From an uncultured Eubacteriales bacterium (GTDB lineage: Bacteria > Bacillota > Clostridia > Oscillospirales > CAG-272): a stretch of 64,000 nt of DNA. Of this stretch, positions 37,918-45,932 are shown one piece after another. Every line of letters starts with the position of its first letter. Within the stretch, counting starts at the first letter, position 1. The position numbers and the translations under genes are program-made. Location of the stretch: positions 6,031 to 70,030 of the forward strand of contig URPL01000007.1 of the NCBI GenBank assembly GCA_900549725.1. The letters run 5' to 3'. The notes beneath the pieces were generated by a model that had not been told where the DNA came from, made no database searches, and saw only the letters and a list, made by a program, of their open reading frames with translations.

Positions 37918-37949
37918 AAAAAATGCTCCCCGTGCGGGGAGCATTTTTT
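37918..37949. terminator. Bidirectional intrinsic terminator
   Basis: AAAAAATGCTCCCC / GGGGAGCATTTTTT with loop GTGC, between the convergent licC-like and GH16 genes. Confidence 0.8.
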
Positions 37950-37967
37950 CTGTGTTTCCGTGTTTGT

Positions 37968-39710
37968 TCAGGGGCGCGCCGCGTCGTTTAAATAGATCGG
38001 CGGATAGCTCTGCATATACTCCTTCAGCTGATAGACATGCACATAATCGATGATAAACTCTGCGGGAAAATCGTCAAGATCAAGACTGCCGAGCTTATCG
38101 TCGTTAAAATATGCGCTGTCGGAAGCCATAATCTGCAAAAGCATGTTTCCGGGGGAATCGCTGATGCCCTCGGTCAGGGTGCCGTAGTAATACCCATCCA
38201 CAAAGAAGGAATAGCCCTCTTTGGTCCACAGCATGCCGTAGGTATGATACTCGTTGTCCAGCGTGGAGAGCGGCAAATATGCGCCGAGCTTTGTGTTGGG
38301 TGCGGTACCGGGAACGCGGCTATAAAGATAGGTCTGCGCCACAATACGGTCGTCGTTGTTTTCGGGGCCGTACGGCGTGCCGTTTTCATCCGTTTTCCAT
38401 TGCCATGTTCCGTTTGGCAGAATCTCGGCGGAGCCGCCGGGACGGCCGTGCGTCCATACGGTGGAGGTCATTTGTCCGGAGCGCCCGTTGCTGTCGCGCT
38501 GGCCGGGGTAGCTTTCAAACATATCGACCTCGATCAGCTGCGTGAGATATTCGTTGAAATAACGCGGGTCATTGCGGTGCGCTGCAAATTCTTCAGCCGT
38601 GCGCAATCCGTTTTGATAGCTGCGCATCCAAAAGGCGGTATTTGTGCCGGAGGCGGTGGGCAGCTTGCAACGGATCTCATAATAGCCATAGGTTTGCCAA
38701 AAGCTTTCGGTGGTGTCGATCGCAGGAATTACGCTCTTTGCCTGCCCGTCGCCGTATTTGGTTTCCCTCAGCACAAGGTTGCCGTTGCCGTCCGTATAAA
38801 TATGCTCGGAGAGAAACGCATCAAGATCATTGCCGTATTGCGCTCTGAGCTCTTCCTGCAGCGAGGCAGGCTCCAAGATCAGCTGGTTGAAATCGGCTCT
38901 GCCGTCCAGATAGCGCCAAACGGATTTGTCGTACTCATTTCCGTCAAAATCCTGTACAAAGGTAGGAATCAAAGCGGAGCCGGTTAAAAGATAGCATTCG
39001 GGAGTGCTGTTATAGTAGTTAAACAGGCGGTGCGCCATGGCGGCGGCTTCCGCACGGGTCGCGTTGCCGCGGGGCACGAAGGTGCCGCTTCCTTTGCCGT
39101 ACATCATCTGCATGGCGCTGAGTGCGCTGACAGCCTTGCGTGCCCAGCCGGAAATTTGGGCGGCATCGGTATAGGTTGCTTCCAGATCAACGGAATAGCC
39201 GCTCAGATCAACCTTGCAGTATTTCGAAATGAAGTTATAAAGAATCAAAGCGAGCTGTTCGCGGGTGATATTGTCGTTCGGGGCAAAAATGCCGTCGCCC
39301 ATACCGCTCACGATTTTGTTTTCCGCAGCCCACTGCACGGCGGGGTAAAACCATTTTCCTTCCGGAACATCGGAAAAGTCTGTTGTTTTCGTAACCGTGA
39401 CATCCACGCCGATTTTATTCATCAAGGCGCGCAGAATCTGCACATACATTGCACGGGAGAGCGTGACGGAGGGGTTAAAATAGGCGGAATCGCCCATGTT
39501 TGTCATGATTCCGTTGTCCACAGCCCATTTGATGTCGTTGTATGCCCATCCCTGCCCGACATCGGTCAGGTAGGAAAAGTCATTGAGCGGTCTTGCCCAA
39601 TTGCCCGCGGAAAAAGCGGAGGCGATGAGCGTGCCGCACAAAAGCACCGCGGCAAGCGCAAATGCGCAAAAGCGCAGCGCGCGGGCGGATAACAGGCTTC
39701 TTTTTTTCAT
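37968..39710 (-). CDS. Cell-surface SLH-domain protein with C-terminal GH16-type glycoside hydrolase domain
   Basis: Signal peptide, then three SLH repeats (WAYNDIKWAVDNGIMTNMG.., WFYPAVQWAAENKIVSGMG.., ISGWARKAVSALSAMQMMYGKG..). GH16 beta-bulge-type catalytic motif E-V-D-M-F-E (codons 38514..38531). AAGGAGG SD 11 nt after the kinase stop. Confidence 0.8.
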   Translation of the reverse strand: MKKRSLLSARALRFCAFALAAVLLCGTLIASAFSAGNWARPLNDFSYLTDVGQGWAYNDIKWAVDNGIMTNMGDSAYFNPSVTLSRAMYVQILRALMNKIGVDVTVTKTTDFSDVPEGKWFYPAVQWAAENKIVSGMGDGIFAPNDNITREQLALILYNFISKYCKVDLSGYSVDLEATYTDAAQISGWARKAVSALSAMQMMYGKGSGTFVPRGNATRAEAAAMAHRLFNYYNSTPECYLLTGSALIPTFVQDFDGNEYDKSVWRYLDGRADFNQLILEPASLQEELRAQYGNDLDAFLSEHIYTDGNGNLVLRETKYGDGQAKSVIPAIDTTESFWQTYGYYEIRCKLPTASGTNTAFWMRSYQNGLRTAEEFAAHRNDPRYFNEYLTQLIEVDMFESYPGQRDSNGRSGQMTSTVWTHGRPGGSAEILPNGTWQWKTDENGTPYGPENNDDRIVAQTYLYSRVPGTAPNTKLGAYLPLSTLDNEYHTYGMLWTKEGYSFFVDGYYYGTLTEGISDSPGNMLLQIMASDSAYFNDDKLGSLDLDDFPAEFIIDYVHVYQLKEYMQSYPPIYLNDAARP

Positions 39711-39721
39711 AAATAACCTCC

Positions 39722-41059
39722 TTATTCGTAGCGAATATTGGCTTGCAGGGTTTTAAACGGCGCAAGGGAAGCGGCGGCTGCGCCGAACAGGGCGGCACCG
39801 TAGGCTGCTTCCTCACGGTGCGCGGGAACTTGCATGGGGAGCGTCATGGCGTCTTCAAACAGGCGCCGCAGCACGGCGCTTTTGCGAATGCCGTTGCCCG
39901 AGCCGTACAAATGCTCGGCGGCGGGCAGCCCGAAGGAACGATAATAGTCAAGCAATTCGTTTGCCATGCCGTGCATTACGCCGCCGACAAAATCGGTCGG
40001 GGTGAAATTGCGGTCGGAGAGGTTTTCGATGCTTGCGCGTTTTTTCGGGTCCTCCCGCGTTCCGCAAAAACTGGTGGAAAAGCGGATGGGGTCGGGCAGG
40101 GAAAAGATTTCTTCCGCCAGGCGGTCGATGATGGGATATTGCGGCTCGTCGTGCCCAAAGAGCGCAGCATAGGAACGGAAGAACTGCTCCAGCAGCGCCA
40201 GCGCCCGCCCGCCGCAAAGAGAGCAGCCGCAGACCAGGGAAAGCCCGTCGATATACGGGCGAATCTCACCGCTTTTCACGCCGCTTGGGGCGGCGCAGAT
40301 CACGGAGACCTGGCTTCCCGTGCCGACATTGAATAAAACGGAGCCCTCTGCGCTGCCGACGGTGCCGAGAATGCTTGCCTGGTTATCGCCGATCGCCAAG
40401 GAAACGGGAATGCCGCGATAGGTGCCGAGCGTCTCGGTCTTTGTGCTGACTGGGGGCAGAATCCCGCAGGAAAACAGTGCTTTGCAGGCATTGCGGTCGA
40501 AATCGCCCGCTGCCCTATCATAAAGCCCGAGGCTTGCGGCGTCGCTTGCGTGCATCAGCGGCGTTTTTTTGCCGCACAGGTGCATGGAAAGCGCATCATG
40601 AATCGTGCACAGCTGCCGGGCGCCCGCGGGCACGGTGCCTTCCAGGACGGCATGTGTATGCGTTGCAAGCCCGTATCCCGCGCTGATTGTATATCCCGTG
40701 CACGAACGAATCCTGGCAAGGGTCGTCTCCCCGTTTGCAAGCGGCTGCGCAGCGCGCTGGTCCTGCCAGGTATAAAGCGGGCCAAGGGGTGCGCCGTCTT
40801 TATCAAGATATACAATGCCGTGCATTTGCCCGGTGATGCCGATTGCGGCGATGGGGGCGAAGGCATCGCAAAGCTCGTCGATCATCGAAACGGCTCTGTC
40901 CAAAATGGCAGTTGCATCCTGAACGCGGGCATAGGGCGCAAAGCCCGATAAAAAGGGTTCGGACGGGACGGTCACCGCATGCAGCACGGTGCCGTCGCCG
41001 CTGTTTACCACAACGGCGCTGAGCGTCGTTGTGCCGATATCAAAACCGATGGTATGCAT
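39722..41059 (-). CDS. FGGY-family carbohydrate kinase (short, sedoheptulokinase/xylulokinase-like)
   Basis: 445 aa with GFDIGTTTLSAVVV, IGITGQMHGIVYLD, YTWQDQRA and IGDNQASILGT, which are FGGY signatures. Starts 8 nt after the GRE stop. Confidence 0.75.
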   Translation of the reverse strand: MHTIGFDIGTTTLSAVVVNSGDGTVLHAVTVPSEPFLSGFAPYARVQDATAILDRAVSMIDELCDAFAPIAAIGITGQMHGIVYLDKDGAPLGPLYTWQDQRAAQPLANGETTLARIRSCTGYTISAGYGLATHTHAVLEGTVPAGARQLCTIHDALSMHLCGKKTPLMHASDAASLGLYDRAAGDFDRNACKALFSCGILPPVSTKTETLGTYRGIPVSLAIGDNQASILGTVGSAEGSVLFNVGTGSQVSVICAAPSGVKSGEIRPYIDGLSLVCGCSLCGGRALALLEQFFRSYAALFGHDEPQYPIIDRLAEEIFSLPDPIRFSTSFCGTREDPKKRASIENLSDRNFTPTDFVGGVMHGMANELLDYYRSFGLPAAEHLYGSGNGIRKSAVLRRLFEDAMTLPMQVPAHREEAAYGAALFGAAAASLAPFKTLQANIRYE

Positions 41060-41067
41060 GGGGCACC

Positions 41068-43434
41068 TCAGCAGCGGGTGGAGCCAAGATCGAGGCGTGT
41101 GATGATATCCTGCTGAATTGCGGGGGAAAGGTCCAAAAAGTTGACAAAGGTGCCGTGAATGCGCATGATGTAAACGCCGCTGGGCGCATATTTTTTCGGA
41201 TCTGCCAAAACCTTGCGCAGGATTTCCGGCGTTGTTACATTGACATACAGATAAAACGGCGCGATTTTTTTATAATAGTCGTTGAAGAACAGCGGCTTGC
41301 AGACGCGGTCCGCAAACTGCTCGCCCTTTTCCTCATAGCTTTTTGCGGGGAAGAGGTTGGGGTCGATGCCGAAATGAGAGGCATATCCGCCGCAGAATTT
41401 CTCAAAGGGCAGCTTCCAGGTGGAAAGCGTACGGAAGCCGAGCCCCATGTGTGCGTCTCCGTACAGCGGGTCAACGCCGTAGTTGAGCATATCACGGGCT
41501 TTGCGTCCCGTGGGCAGCGCGCCCACCCAATAGCCGTAGAGCAAATGGGTGGAGGGGGTGGAAAAATCGGGGCGGAACGGGTTGCCCCAGTTATTCTTTG
41601 CGGCGCGCACCATATCGGCGATTTTGGAGGTCAGGGCAACGGTTTCTTCATCCGCCTCATCCTCATTGTTGCCGAATTTCGGGCAGGCAAGCAGCCATTG
41701 CCGCAGCTCTTCATAGCCCTCAAAGTTGCATTTCAGCGCGTCGAGCAGCGTTTTCGCATCCTGCGGGCGCTCGCGCAGCAAGTGATCGACTGCGACAAAG
41801 GAATCCGCAACAACGGTATTGCCGTGAATCAGGCAGCCGCTGCCGTTATATTCCGTGCCCTGATGCTCCGTGTCGCGCATGTCGTAGCCGCTCTTTACGC
41901 CGCCCATGAGAATGGAGAGAAACGGCACGGGCAAAAGCGAAACGGCATGCGTCGCCTCATTGGCGGACTCGGTCATTTTATCAATATAGAATTGCGCGTT
42001 TTCATAGAAGCGCTCACGCAGATGCGTCAGCTTTTCTATAGCGCTTTCCTTTTTGCATACGGAGCCGATCTCTTTGCCCGTAATGGCGGAAATGCCGTCG
42101 GTGAGGGTCAGCTCCAAAATTTTTCCGAGATTGAGCCAGCAGTTTGTTGTGTTGCCGTTGTCCTTGCCCATAATCAGCGGCTCCTGGCAGCCGGCAATGG
42201 AATAATCGGGCAGATCGCTCTCCTTGACGCCGGCGCGGCGCAGCACCGCAAATACGGAATCATCATTGAACAGCGAGGGCGTCAGGGCGCCGGGGGTGAA
42301 GAAGAAGCGGCCCATTTCGCGGTAGAGCTCGGCGGGGGTGTTTTTGTGCAGCTTTACGGAGAGAATCGGCTGCGGCAAATTCATATCATAATATGCATCA
42401 AACAGCGCATAGGAGGTCGGGCAGGTCAGGTCGTTTCCTGCGGTATCTCTGCCGCCGATGATGAGATTTTGAGAGATTGCCCAGGAGCGGTCGCCGACAT
42501 TGAAGAAGACCAAAAGATGCTTGAGAAGCGCCGCCGCGTCTGCACGGTCAAGTCCGTCATGCGCGCGGTAGGGCTCAAAAATGCGATCCGCATTGCCAAC
42601 GGAAAAGGCAAAGGGGTTAGGGGATTGCTCAAGGCACATCAGCTGCCAGCACAGCATAAAGGACTGAATGGCCTCATACATCGTCTCGGCGCCGTAGGCG
42701 GGGACCTTTTCCAGCGTCTGCACCATTTGCTGCAGCTGCGTGCGGCGCGGCGCATCGGCGGTTTTCATTTGCTCTCTTGCGATGGCTGCATAGCGCCCTG
42801 CCAAAATCAAAAGAGCATCCACACTGAGCAGCATTGCGCGGTATTCCGCAGCCTGTGCGTCGTCGCAGGGGGCGCTTTGGCGCTGCTCGATCTCTTCGCG
42901 CACAGCGCAGATGCCGCGGGCGAGAACCCGGCGCATATCGGGAATGACATGGCCGGTCACCTGCTCCATAAAATAGGCGACCTCGGCGGTATATTGTTCG
43001 CTCTTTGCATAGGTTGTGCTCAGCGCCTCGGCATAGGCGCCGTTGGCATCGTGCGCGCGGACGGCGTCGATGCGTTCCTTGGTGATTTCCTCGTTCGGTT
43101 CAATATCTCCGAGCACCGCAATCGGGTCGCAATAGCCCGCGAAGGATTCCACACGGAAGGATGGGTTGATCAGGGCATAGCTGCGCGCAAAGGCGTCGCG
43201 CTGTGTTCCCGCAAAAATCGCGTTTTCGGAAATGGAGAGCGGCAGCTCCTCGCATACCTTTTTCAAAAGATATGCCGCCTGTACCGCGGCGGGTTCATCC
43301 TTACATTCCGCTTCATGCGCAATGCGGATTTCCTTGGATAAAAACCATCCGTCCAGACGCTTGCGCGCGCGCTCCTCCTTGAAAAGCGCCTTTGCCATTT
43401 CGGTCAGGCGCTCGGCTGTTGCAATTTTGTTCAT
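41068..43434 (-). CDS. Glycyl radical enzyme, PFL2/eliminase-like, unassigned specificity
   Basis: 788 aa. Cys loop IAGCQEP (Cys416 codon 42187..42189, Glu418). C-terminal glycine loop YIMRIHGTFVNFLDLSPAIQQDIITR (Gly761 codon 41152..41154), which aligns to the canonical RVxG[YF]..F..L...Q.dii.R. The N-terminal region is typical of the PFL2 family. Confidence 0.88.
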   Translation of the reverse strand: MNKIATAERLTEMAKALFKEERARKRLDGWFLSKEIRIAHEAECKDEPAAVQAAYLLKKVCEELPLSISENAIFAGTQRDAFARSYALINPSFRVESFAGYCDPIAVLGDIEPNEEITKERIDAVRAHDANGAYAEALSTTYAKSEQYTAEVAYFMEQVTGHVIPDMRRVLARGICAVREEIEQRQSAPCDDAQAAEYRAMLLSVDALLILAGRYAAIAREQMKTADAPRRTQLQQMVQTLEKVPAYGAETMYEAIQSFMLCWQLMCLEQSPNPFAFSVGNADRIFEPYRAHDGLDRADAAALLKHLLVFFNVGDRSWAISQNLIIGGRDTAGNDLTCPTSYALFDAYYDMNLPQPILSVKLHKNTPAELYREMGRFFFTPGALTPSLFNDDSVFAVLRRAGVKESDLPDYSIAGCQEPLIMGKDNGNTTNCWLNLGKILELTLTDGISAITGKEIGSVCKKESAIEKLTHLRERFYENAQFYIDKMTESANEATHAVSLLPVPFLSILMGGVKSGYDMRDTEHQGTEYNGSGCLIHGNTVVADSFVAVDHLLRERPQDAKTLLDALKCNFEGYEELRQWLLACPKFGNNEDEADEETVALTSKIADMVRAAKNNWGNPFRPDFSTPSTHLLYGYWVGALPTGRKARDMLNYGVDPLYGDAHMGLGFRTLSTWKLPFEKFCGGYASHFGIDPNLFPAKSYEEKGEQFADRVCKPLFFNDYYKKIAPFYLYVNVTTPEILRKVLADPKKYAPSGVYIMRIHGTFVNFLDLSPAIQQDIITRLDLGSTRC

Positions 43435-43455
43435 GGTAATGCTTCCTTTCTGTGC

Positions 43456-44178
43456 TTAGGTATGGACAATGTGAATTCCGGCATCGGTAAAGGTTTGCTC
43501 AAAAAAGGCTACGGTATCCTTTGAGACAAACGCATCGTGCATTTGATAGGGCTTGCCGATCTTGCTCCATTTCTCTTTGCCGTATTCGTGATATGGCAGA
43601 ATCTCAACGGAAAATTTTCCCGGAAGCGCTGCAAAAAAGCGGAGAAAGCCCTTGGCGTCTTCTTTTGCATCGTTGAAGGTGTGAATCAGGGGGATGCGAA
43701 CCACGGTCGGCACCGGGGAAGCGGAAAGCGCCGCAAAATTCTCTTTGAGGCCGTCAAGCGTGCCGCCGGTCACGGCATGCAGCTTTTCCGGGTCATAGTG
43801 CTTGCAGTCACACATCAGGCAGTCAAGCCATGGCAAAAGCGCATTGAGATGCGGCAGGGAAAGATTGCTTTCGATCGCCGTTGAAATACCGCTTTCGTGC
43901 AGCCCCTGCAAGAGCTCCCGCGCAGCTTGCCATTGCAGCAGGACCTCGCCGCCAGTCAGCGTCACGCCGCCGCCGTCGATCATCATCGGCAGGCAGCTTT
44001 TTGCCTCCCTGATCAAATCTGCGGTGTCGCATTCCTTTGCGGCGCGGCCGGGGTCCATCCCCTCGGGATTGGAGCACCAGGGGCAATGCCAGTTGCAGCC
44101 CTGCAAATGGTAGACAAGGCGATTGCCCGGGCCGTCCTGTGAGTAGTTGAATCCTTTTTGAAAATAGCGTATTTTCAT
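43456..44178 (-). CDS. Glycyl-radical enzyme activating protein (radical SAM), PFL-AE-like short form
   Basis: CX3CX2C motif CNWHCPWC, DGPGNR and a GGVTLTGGE SAM motif. About 240 aa with no ferredoxin-like Cys-rich insert. Start set at the second ATG 44178 (AAGGA SD). ATG 44211 would lie at or next to the predicted TSS. Confidence 0.85.
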   Translation of the reverse strand: MKIRYFQKGFNYSQDGPGNRLVYHLQGCNWHCPWCSNPEGMDPGRAAKECDTADLIREAKSCLPMMIDGGGVTLTGGEVLLQWQAARELLQGLHESGISTAIESNLSLPHLNALLPWLDCLMCDCKHYDPEKLHAVTGGTLDGLKENFAALSASPVPTVVRIPLIHTFNDAKEDAKGFLRFFAALPGKFSVEILPYHEYGKEKWSKIGKPYQMHDAFVSKDTVAFFEQTFTDAGIHIVHT

Positions 44179-44219
44179 GGCAGCAGTCCTTATCGGGAAC
44201 GGTTTTCCCATCTTTATTC

Positions 44220-44248
44220 ATTATAGCAAAGCCATATGAAAAAGGCAA
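44220..44248 (-). promoter_or_regulatory. Sigma-A promoter with extended -10 (TTGCCT-17-TGcTATAAT) for the GRE operon
   Basis: Read on the minus strand: -35 TTGCCT (44243..44248), a 17-nt spacer ending in TGC, and -10 TATAAT (44220..44225). Confidence 0.55.
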
Positions 44249-44321
44249 TAGAGCACAGGAAAAAACGCGCTTTTTTTCGCAAAAAAACGGCTGCACACCG
44301 CGAAGGTGAATAACTGTTTTC

Positions 44322-45737
44322 TTATGCGCCTGCCTGCGCTTTTTTTACAACTGCGACCCTGGAAAAATCAAAATGCAGATAATAAAGAAGCATTGTCACG
44401 GCGCAGCAGAACCACCCCAGCGGATACCCAAGACCGATGTGCAAAAGTTCATTGGAGATATAGTGCGACATGGTGAAAAGATAGATCTGCCGAATGCCGA
44501 TAAAGCAGGTGAGCATGATAATCATCGGGGCGCGGCTGTTGCCCGCTCCCCGCAGAGAGGCGGCAAAGATCTGATTGACCGAGCAGCACAAATAAAACGG
44601 CGTGATGCCGCGCAAAAGGCGCGTCGCCTGTGCAACGACGGCTGCATCCCGATTGAACACGGACGCCCAAAACGGAGCAAACAGCATCACGGGCAGAATG
44701 ATCAAAGCGGTGCAAAACAGCGACATGAAAAAGGCTGTGCGGGTACCGCGCTTTGCGCGGTCGACATTGCCGCTGCCGAGATTTTGACCCACAAAGGTGG
44801 AAACGGAGAGCGCCAGTGACTGCACCGGCAAAAAGATGAATTGGTCGATCTTTGTATAAGAGGTCCATGCGCCGAGGCAAATTTCCTGTGCGCCGTTTGC
44901 GCCGCCGATATAGCTTTGCACAAAAACATTGGAAAGCGCGGTCAGCGCCATTTGCAGTGCCGAGGGGATGCCGATGCGGATGATTTCCTTTAGCATCTGT
45001 GCATCGAAACGGAGCGCCGAGAGCTCTAATTTGACACAGGAAGTTGTGCGAAAAAGGACAAACAAAACCATTGCGGCGCTGAGCAGCTGCCCGATGACCG
45101 TTGCAAGCGCAACGCCCGCAACGCCCATGGAAAAAACGTTGACAAACAAAAGATCAAGCACGGTATTGGCAGCGGCGCAGACGATCAGAAACAGCAGCGG
45201 CCGCACGGAATCCCCGACGGCGCGCAGAATGCCCGCGCCCATGTTATAAAGCATCAGCCCTCCGACCCCGGAAAAATATATAATCAGATAGGTTTTTGCA
45301 TGGGGGTAGACTGCGCCGAGCTCTCCCTCGTTTGCAAGCATCAGCCGCAAAATCCAAGGGGTGAGCAAAACACCGAGCAGCGTGAAAGCCACGATCAGAC
45401 ACAGCGTCATCAGCATGGAGGAATGCACGGCTTTTTTGACCCCCGCTGTATCCTTTGCGCCGAAATGCTGCGAAATGACGACGCCCGCGCCGCTTGCAAG
45501 ACCGGAAAAAAGCCCGATGAGGATATTGATGATCGGTCCGACGCTTCCGACGGCGGCGTATGCTTCGTTGATGCCTGTTTGCCCGATGACCCAGGTATCC
45601 ACCATATTGTAAAACTGCTGAAACAGGTTGCCGATGAGCAGCGGCAGCGCAAAAAGCAGCAGATTTTTGGTGATAGAGCCTTTTGTCATATCAAGATCGC
45701 GGTTTTTGCGCAGAAATGAAAGTGCCTTTGTTGCCAT
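44322..45737 (-). CDS. MATE-family efflux transporter
   Basis: 471 aa and 12 TM helices, with the typical MATE N-terminus (ITKNLLLFALPLLIGNLFQQFYNMVDTWVIGQ). Confidence 0.85.
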   Translation of the reverse strand: MATKALSFLRKNRDLDMTKGSITKNLLLFALPLLIGNLFQQFYNMVDTWVIGQTGINEAYAAVGSVGPIINILIGLFSGLASGAGVVISQHFGAKDTAGVKKAVHSSMLMTLCLIVAFTLLGVLLTPWILRLMLANEGELGAVYPHAKTYLIIYFSGVGGLMLYNMGAGILRAVGDSVRPLLFLIVCAAANTVLDLLFVNVFSMGVAGVALATVIGQLLSAAMVLFVLFRTTSCVKLELSALRFDAQMLKEIIRIGIPSALQMALTALSNVFVQSYIGGANGAQEICLGAWTSYTKIDQFIFLPVQSLALSVSTFVGQNLGSGNVDRAKRGTRTAFFMSLFCTALIILPVMLFAPFWASVFNRDAAVVAQATRLLRGITPFYLCCSVNQIFAASLRGAGNSRAPMIIMLTCFIGIRQIYLFTMSHYISNELLHIGLGYPLGWFCCAVTMLLYYLHFDFSRVAVVKKAQAGA

Positions 45738-45838
45738 GGCGAAAAGAAAACCGTCCTTTTCCGGAAAATTGCCTTTATTATAGCATAACTCGCTGAAAAT
45801 GACAAGATTTTTCCCGCACGGAAAATAGCGTTTTTCTC

Positions 45839-45867
45839 TTGACCTTTCCCTGCAAAAGTGGTATGCT
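45839..45867 (+). promoter_or_regulatory. Sigma-A promoter TTGACC-17-TGgTATGCT upstream of trkA
   Basis: Read directly from the sequence. About 65-nt 5'UTR with an AAAGGAG SD before GTG 45933. Confidence 0.5.
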
Positions 45868-45932
45868 TTATGCTGGATTGATATAGGGATCGATTTTCTG
45901 ATATCGACCTAAAACATCAAAGGAGAGCTATT

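Noticed and set aside
41029-43341. 770-aa ORF on the plus strand
   Set aside because: It is exactly antisense to the glycyl radical enzyme gene, which has unmistakable family motifs. The translation is low-complexity (A/G/R/I-rich).
44322-45737. MATE transporter as first gene of the GRE operon
   Set aside because: A good extended -10 promoter lies in the 110-nt gap between the MATE stop and the activase gene, and MATE is a generic efflux family. Co-transcription cannot be excluded, because no clear terminator follows the MATE gene. I nevertheless treat it as separate.
45868-45932. c-di-AMP (ydaO/kimA-type) riboswitch upstream of trkA
   Set aside because: The predicted 5'UTR is only about 65 nt with one weak 5-bp hairpin (TCGAT/ATCGA). 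That is far too short for the riboswitch, and no conserved ydaO features are visible.
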